Source of the DNA: an uncultured Gammaproteobacteria bacterium
Lineage (GTDB): Bacteria > Patescibacteriota > Microgenomatia > Daviesbacterales > UBA10151
Assembly: GCA_964396715.1 (NCBI GenBank)
Contig: CAYNFQ010000004.1
Coordinates: forward strand, 1-59,255
Direction of reading: 5' to 3'
Length of the DNA stretch: 59,255 bases
The translations under genes were made by a program, and so were the position numbers. The notes beneath the pieces are model-generated. The model did not search any database and had not been told where the DNA came from. It saw only the letters and a program-made list of their open reading frames with translations. This document shows positions 54,746 to 59,255 of the stretch, in pieces. How positions within the stretch are numbered: position 1 is the stretch's first letter; each line of letters opens with the position of its first letter.

Positions 54746-56155
54746 CTAAACACAACAACTAAGTTTGGTAATGTCTTTGGTAAAAGACAGGGCGGCAATT
54801 TTAATGGCCTCGGAGAGCGTTGGAAACATGGGGAGTGAGTTTGCAACATCATCAATAGTATTTTTATTTTTGATAAGTACCATTGCCTCTGCAATCAATT
54901 CTCCTGCATTTGGTGCCAGTATATGAACTCCCGTAATTTGTTTTGTTTCTGGATGGATTGCCATTTTAATTAGTCCTTCAGTTCTGTTTAAAATAATAGC
55001 TTTAGGTATGTCTTGGAAAGAAACAGTCTTACACATACACGTTCCAAATCTCTTCATTTGATCTTCTTCTGTAAACCCTACTCCTGCCAGCTGTGGATCA
55101 GTAAAAATTGTCCAAGGGACAGTATTATAATCAATGCTATTCTGAACATTATTTAAGGCGTTCTCTGCTACTAAAGTTCCCTCTCTGCCTGCTGTTGGCT
55201 CCTGTCTGATTGGTAGATTTATTACATCACCTACTGCATAGATATGTGGCTGTGAGGTTTGGAAGTTTGGATTTACAATAATTGCTTGCTTTTCATCTAC
55301 CTCAACGCCTGCTTTATCTAAAGCTAATCCCTGGGTGTTGGGAGTTTTACCTGTTGCCAGTAATATTTCATCCCCCTTCGCCAAGGCTTCGGGGGACAAG
55401 TCTGCTGCTTTGTATACTAAAACTTTTTTACCGCCTTCTTGATATGCTTTTTGAATTTGAACATTGGTTTTAATGGTGATTCCTTCTTTGGTCAGTATTT
55501 CGGCTAATCTATCGGTTAGCTCTCTTTCAGCCGGAGGGAAAATAGAGGCATTTCTTTGTAAAAGAGTAACTTTAGTGCCAAACCTTGAATACATCTGGGC
55601 AAACTCTAAACCTAATGGTCCTGCACCCACTACAATGAGTTCTTTAGGTTGCTCTTTAATCTGTAGAGCTTCAATATGAGTTAAATAGCCCACTTCTTTA
55701 ATTCCTTCAATTGGCGGTACAGTGGCAGTTGAACCTGCTGCAATAATGATTTTTTTGGCTTGATATCGTTGCCCTTCAACTGCTATCTCATTTGGAGAAA
55801 CAAAACTAGCCTTACCCTCCAGATGAGTAACATTTTCTAAATTCCTTAGTACCTTCTCATATTTCTCTTCTCTTAGTTTTGCAACAAGATCGAGTTCGTG
55901 CTGGACAACAGTTGAAAAATCAAAGTTTTTAACTTCTATATCAACTCCCGGAATATTGTGACTTTTGGCAAGATGCATGACTTCACCTGCCCAAAGTAAA
56001 GTCTTTGAAGGAACACAGCCCACATTGACACAGGTGCCGCCTAAAGGCAGACCCTGATTAACCATCAGAGTCTTTACACCAAGCTCATTTGCTTTAATTG
56101 CAGAGGCAAAAGCCCCTGCACCTCCACCAATAATGATTAAATCAAAATTTTCCAT
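54746..56155 (-). CDS. merA: Mercuric reductase (short form, no NmerA domain)
   Basis: GGGAGA, GGTCVNVGCVPSK redox dithiol, GAGPLGLE, YAVGD and the C-terminal vicinal cysteines KLSCCV. Confidence 0.85.
   Translation of the reverse strand: MENFDLIIIGGGAGAFASAIKANELGVKTLMVNQGLPLGGTCVNVGCVPSKTLLWAGEVMHLAKSHNIPGVDIEVKNFDFSTVVQHELDLVAKLREEKYEKVLRNLENVTHLEGKASFVSPNEIAVEGQRYQAKKIIIAAGSTATVPPIEGIKEVGYLTHIEALQIKEQPKELIVVGAGPLGLEFAQMYSRFGTKVTLLQRNASIFPPAERELTDRLAEILTKEGITIKTNVQIQKAYQEGGKKVLVYKAADLSPEALAKGDEILLATGKTPNTQGLALDKAGVEVDEKQAIIVNPNFQTSQPHIYAVGDVINLPIRQEPTAGREGTLVAENALNNVQNSIDYNTVPWTIFTDPQLAGVGFTEEDQMKRFGTCMCKTVSFQDIPKAIILNRTEGLIKMAIHPETKQITGVHILAPNAGELIAEAMVLIKNKNTIDDVANSLPMFPTLSEAIKIAALSFTKDITKLSCCV
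55371..55400. repeat. REP-like hairpin in frame in merA
   Basis: TCCCCCTTCGCCAAGGCTTCGGGGGACAAG encodes LSPEALAKGD on the minus strand; same family as 29228-29257. Confidence 0.8.
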
Positions 56156-56163
56156 AAAAATAC

Positions 56164-56412
56164 TTAGCCCGCCAACGCTTTACGAAGCTGCTGCTCAGTT
56201 GCCCCGCCTTGAAAAGCAAGTTTGCCATCAATCACAATCCCTGGTGAAGCCATCATACCGTATTCTTGAACCATTTTTTGCCCTTTTTCAGAAAGCATAT
56301 CTACCTTCTCAAGCTCCATTTCCTGCCTGTCTTTTTTAATGTTTTCTAAAGCCGACCAAGCCTGCATGCAATGAGCGCAGCTCTCGGAGCTTATAAATTG
56401 GACTTTTGCCAT
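56164..56412 (-). CDS. Thioredoxin/glutaredoxin-like protein
   Basis: SESCAHC (CxxC) and MASPGIVIDG (cis-Pro loop); SD GGAGGTGG. Confidence 0.85.
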   Translation of the reverse strand: MAKVQFISSESCAHCMQAWSALENIKKDRQEMELEKVDMLSEKGQKMVQEYGMMASPGIVIDGKLAFQGGATEQQLRKALAG

Positions 56413-56549
56413 TTTCCCCACCTCCTTCTAATCAGTTGGGCTGTAATTGCCGACAAGATTACTATCCCAAAAAACAAAACCGGCCCAAGCCAGGCTGCCT
56501 GGCCAGTGCTCACTCCTTCTTCATGAGCTAAAATCACAAACCTAAACAT
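56391..56549 (-). CDS. Small membrane protein (52 aa; absent from ORF track)
   Basis: MFRFVILAHEEGVSTGQAAWLGPVLFFGIVILSAITAQLIRRRWGKWQKSNL*; SD AAGGAG; overlaps both neighbours in operon style. Confidence 0.65.
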   Translation of the reverse strand: MFRFVILAHEEGVSTGQAAWLGPVLFFGIVILSAITAQLIRRRWGKWQKSNL

Positions 56550-57498
56550 TATTTGACTCCTTCTTAAAGCTGCTCCAAATTATTATGCCCGCCAAAACCG
56601 CCCCCATGAATATCCAAGGCCAGATTCCTGAAGTGCCACCCTGTATTTGTAGAATTGCCTCAATTTCTGCCGATTCAGCAATCTTGGGAAATATAATTTC
56701 AACTGCTCTATTCCAGAAAGCATGAAAAATAGACTCCTCCCACCAAGCCATCCCAAATGGTAAATAAGTCAAAAGGAATGCTCCAATACCAACCAGCCCC
56801 CAGCCGGTATAGTTTTTGACTGCTTTCTGGTGAGTTGCCAACCAATTGGTAGCGCTGACTCCCAGCATGGCTAAAACTACTAGGAAAATAAGCGGTGTTG
56901 CTCTTCCTAAACCATGAACCAATCCCAGCCAAAAACCTTCGATAGGCAGACCAATAGTGGCAATATGGGTTAAAAGTACATAAAAAAGCGGATTGGGACA
57001 GCCGACTCCGGCATTTCCTAAAAGAATCCCCATTGCAAAAGATTTAGTGTAATCTCCCGACCTTTGCAAATAGGAAGGCAGTATGGTGGGCAGAAAGGGT
57101 ATGTTCAACTTTAGTAAACCCAGCTCACGTAATCCAAAAAGAATGGCAAGTAAACCCGCAACACCAAACATCCCGCGAACAAATTGATTCATCCCAATGT
57201 AACCACCGACCAATCCTACTGCGGCTCCATAAAAAGAAAGCGTAATTGCCAGTCCTAAGCCAAACAGAATTGCCATCATTAAAGCTTTGCCAGGAGCTTT
57301 GCCCAAAGCCAGAGGAACAATCACAAAAACCAAGGGCAGTGTGCAGGGTAAAACTATCATGGAAAGCCCTGCAACATATGCCAATAACAAGCTCGCAGTT
57401 AAGGCCGGGGTAGTTGCCAACCAACCCATGCCAATGATGAAAATTGATAGTAGAATAAACGCTAACGACACTAAGAAAATTTTTACCTGTCTGTCCAT
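56542..57498 (-). CDS. CcdA/DsbD-type transmembrane disulfide transporter
   Basis: Multi-TM with the two Cys motifs LPCTLP and GCPNP. Confidence 0.8.
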   Translation of the reverse strand: MDRQVKIFLVSLAFILLSIFIIGMGWLATTPALTASLLLAYVAGLSMIVLPCTLPLVFVIVPLALGKAPGKALMMAILFGLGLAITLSFYGAAVGLVGGYIGMNQFVRGMFGVAGLLAILFGLRELGLLKLNIPFLPTILPSYLQRSGDYTKSFAMGILLGNAGVGCPNPLFYVLLTHIATIGLPIEGFWLGLVHGLGRATPLIFLVVLAMLGVSATNWLATHQKAVKNYTGWGLVGIGAFLLTYLPFGMAWWEESIFHAFWNRAVEIIFPKIAESAEIEAILQIQGGTSGIWPWIFMGAVLAGIIIWSSFKKESNNV

Positions 57499-57499
57499 T

Positions 57500-57835
57500 T
57501 TAAGTAATAAAGTTTTTCAAAGTTTTAGTAAAATCATTCCGTACAAGCGAGTAGTACACTGTTTGAGATTCTTTTCTTCTTTTGACCAGCTCCAGCTTCA
57601 GTAGCTTGTTTAAGCTATGAGAAACAACGGAAACAGAGGTATCTAAAATTTGAGCAATTTCTCCTACACTCAGTTCCGGATAATGACAAAGCAGATAACA
57701 AATTTTAATCCTGGTAGCATCACCAACAACACCTAGCTGCTTGGCACAAGCAATAAGTTCTTTTTTGTTTTTTAACTCTTTCTTAATTTGCTGATGTATA
57801 GACATAGTATTTGAACGATTATTCAAATAATACAT
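57500..57835 (-). CDS. ArsR/SmtB family transcriptional regulator
   Basis: GDATRIKICYLL....LSVGEIA....SVSVVSHSL..L....LV..RKESQTVYYSL. Confidence 0.92.
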   Translation of the reverse strand: MYYLNNRSNTMSIHQQIKKELKNKKELIACAKQLGVVGDATRIKICYLLCHYPELSVGEIAQILDTSVSVVSHSLNKLLKLELVKRRKESQTVYYSLVRNDFTKTLKNFIT

Positions 57836-57858
57836 CTTTAAAATCTATCTGTCAAGGA

Positions 57859-59058
57859 CTACTTAAAAAGCTCCGTATCTGGATGGAACGCTGCCCAGGC
57901 AAACCAGAATAGTCTGATAGGAATTATTTCTTCATTTGTTTGCAGGTTTACTGCTTTAATCTCACCGGATTCTTTCTGCTCCAGTCTTATAGGAATATCT
58001 CCAATGCTATCTTCGATAATCCTTTTTTCTCTCAACTTATTTTCGGGATATGCTTTAGATTTACCACCTATCTCTATCCCGTAAACAACTGTTTTTATCT
58101 GGTAAGCTCTGATGATCCCTTTGTAGTTAATGGCAAAAACCATATCTTCATCCCTTAACCAACCAGCATCATTTGCAGATTCAAATTTCGGACTGTCAAT
58201 AGAAGGAATGCAGTCTTGCCCAAAACAACCCTGTAAAAGGTCTTCTGGTTTTACCTTTGCTCCGGTAAAATCATTTTGTAAAGATACTTTTTGCACTTGC
58301 TGCCCACCTCCTTTTAACTCTCTAAGTTGTGTGTCAACTTTAACGCTACTTTCAAAAGTAGTTGCAATTTGAGTCCAAGACTGTGGTAAATTAGCCAATG
58401 TCCACCCTTGTAATACTCTATCCAGGCCTGTCCAAATAAAAAGGGCGGTTGCTAAGATAATAATTCCAAATACTTGTCTGATCTTTTGGTTTTCAGTTTT
58501 TAAAAAAGCTAATTTCTGAGAAGCTGCACTTCCACCCCTTGCAATAAAGTACAGCGGGATTCCTGCGCCGATGGCATAGGCCAGCACTACTGCTATCATT
58601 GATAGAGAAAATGAACTGACTGCAGCCAGAGTGGCCATGGCTGCTACAACCGGGCCAATACAGGGTGTCCAGACAATTCCTAAGCTTGTGCCTGTTAAAA
58701 ATCCTCCCCAGAAGCCGCTATTTTGATTTTGCACTGGCTGAAAATGCCAATGCCTTTCAATCCAGATTTGGACTTTTTCCCAAATAACAGGAAACACAAG
58801 ACTTATCCCAAATATTACCAAAAGTACTACTGCCAAGGCTCTGACAGTATCGGCAGGGATTCCTAAAACTCTAACTATTGTTGCCAAAAGCAAAGAGGCA
58901 ATGGTAAAACTTATAACAAGTCCTAAGATAACCCCCTTTATTCTTCTGGTATTTCCATCAATACCGCTTGCCAAAACAGCAGGGAGTATGGGTAAAACAC
59001 AGGGAGAAAAAGAAGTTAATATTCCTGATATAAAAGCAATAGGTATGAGCAGAAACAT
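57859..59058 (-). CDS. CcdA-like protein fused to a shortened DUF3179-like domain
   Basis: FSPCVLPILP and WTPCIGP; C-terminal DCIPSIDSPKF...AY...FWFAWAAFHPDT. Confidence 0.8.
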   Translation of the reverse strand: MFLLIPIAFISGILTSFSPCVLPILPAVLASGIDGNTRRIKGVILGLVISFTIASLLLATIVRVLGIPADTVRALAVVLLVIFGISLVFPVIWEKVQIWIERHWHFQPVQNQNSGFWGGFLTGTSLGIVWTPCIGPVVAAMATLAAVSSFSLSMIAVVLAYAIGAGIPLYFIARGGSAASQKLAFLKTENQKIRQVFGIIILATALFIWTGLDRVLQGWTLANLPQSWTQIATTFESSVKVDTQLRELKGGGQQVQKVSLQNDFTGAKVKPEDLLQGCFGQDCIPSIDSPKFESANDAGWLRDEDMVFAINYKGIIRAYQIKTVVYGIEIGGKSKAYPENKLREKRIIEDSIGDIPIRLEQKESGEIKAVNLQTNEEIIPIRLFWFAWAAFHPDTELFK

Positions 59059-59062
59059 AATT

Positions 59063-59210
59063 TTACTCCAGATTTTGGATTAAGGCATCAAGGTTGCCGC
59101 CGATCCATCTTTTATTCTCATTGCCATTCCTATCCAGGACAATCAATGTATGCTGAGAAGTTACTCTATATTTAGAGTTCATTTCCTTATCATTGTCATA
59201 AGAGTCTGGT
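59063..59210 (-). pseudogene. C-terminal fragment of a thioredoxin-like protein
   Basis: YDNDKEMNSKYRVTSQHTLIVLDRNGNENKRWIGG...LE*; an in-frame stop lies upstream near 59230; at the window edge. Confidence 0.4.
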
Positions 59211-59255
59211 GCATAATTAAAATTGGGTTATCCCAACAGCACAAACTCTTTCTAG

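Noticed and set aside
54746-56155. Mycothione reductase or dihydrolipoamide dehydrogenase call
   Set aside because: The C-terminal vicinal Cys pair (SCC) and the lack of the HPTxxE His-Glu dyad (MFPTLSE here) favour MerA.
242-58372. Numerous 60-180 aa ORFs overlapping confident genes (e.g. 3187-3441, 4822-5133, 16780-17265, 33020-33559, 36028-36480, 50906-51184, 54172-54564)
   Set aside because: Antisense or out-of-frame shadows of well-supported CDSs, with no motifs.

Overview
Chromosomal segment of a small-genome bacterium, most likely CPR/Patescibacteria of the Microgenomates type. The taxonomy is inferred from protein style, scarce Shine-Dalgarno sites and the repeat families. It uses standard code 11. 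The left two-thirds is housekeeping: murG-ftsQ-ftsA-ftsZ, ileS-rodA, rplU-rpmA-parB, lepB, surface-glycosylation genes, polX, lemA-hicBA-htpX, gatCAB, dnaE and rplS-rnhB-yraN. Six tRNA genes are spread through the window (Val, Gly, Thr, Asp, Glu, Lys). Two REP-associated tyrosine transposases each sit beside their own palindromic repeats. Several REP-like palindromes and heptamer tandem repeats lie in frame inside genes. A variable region (about 36.9-42.9 kb) ends at tRNA-Glu and holds orphans, an IS200-like element and an RHH + SIR2-like gene pair. The right end is an accessory thiol/redox/metal region. It carries a split PEP-dikinase + HD operon, an unannotated 59-aa Cys/His-rich C2H2-type protein and a collapsed gdh relic. 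It also carries a four-gene cluster resembling mycothiol biosynthesis (MshB-like deacetylase, MshC-like cysteine ligase, histidine phosphatase, MshA-like glycosyltransferase), which is the best candidate for an undescribed system. An ArsR/CcdA/thioredoxin/MerA/Crp cluster follows, with a duplicated 21-bp Crp-geometry site. All family assignments come from motif recognition by eye; no database searches were run.
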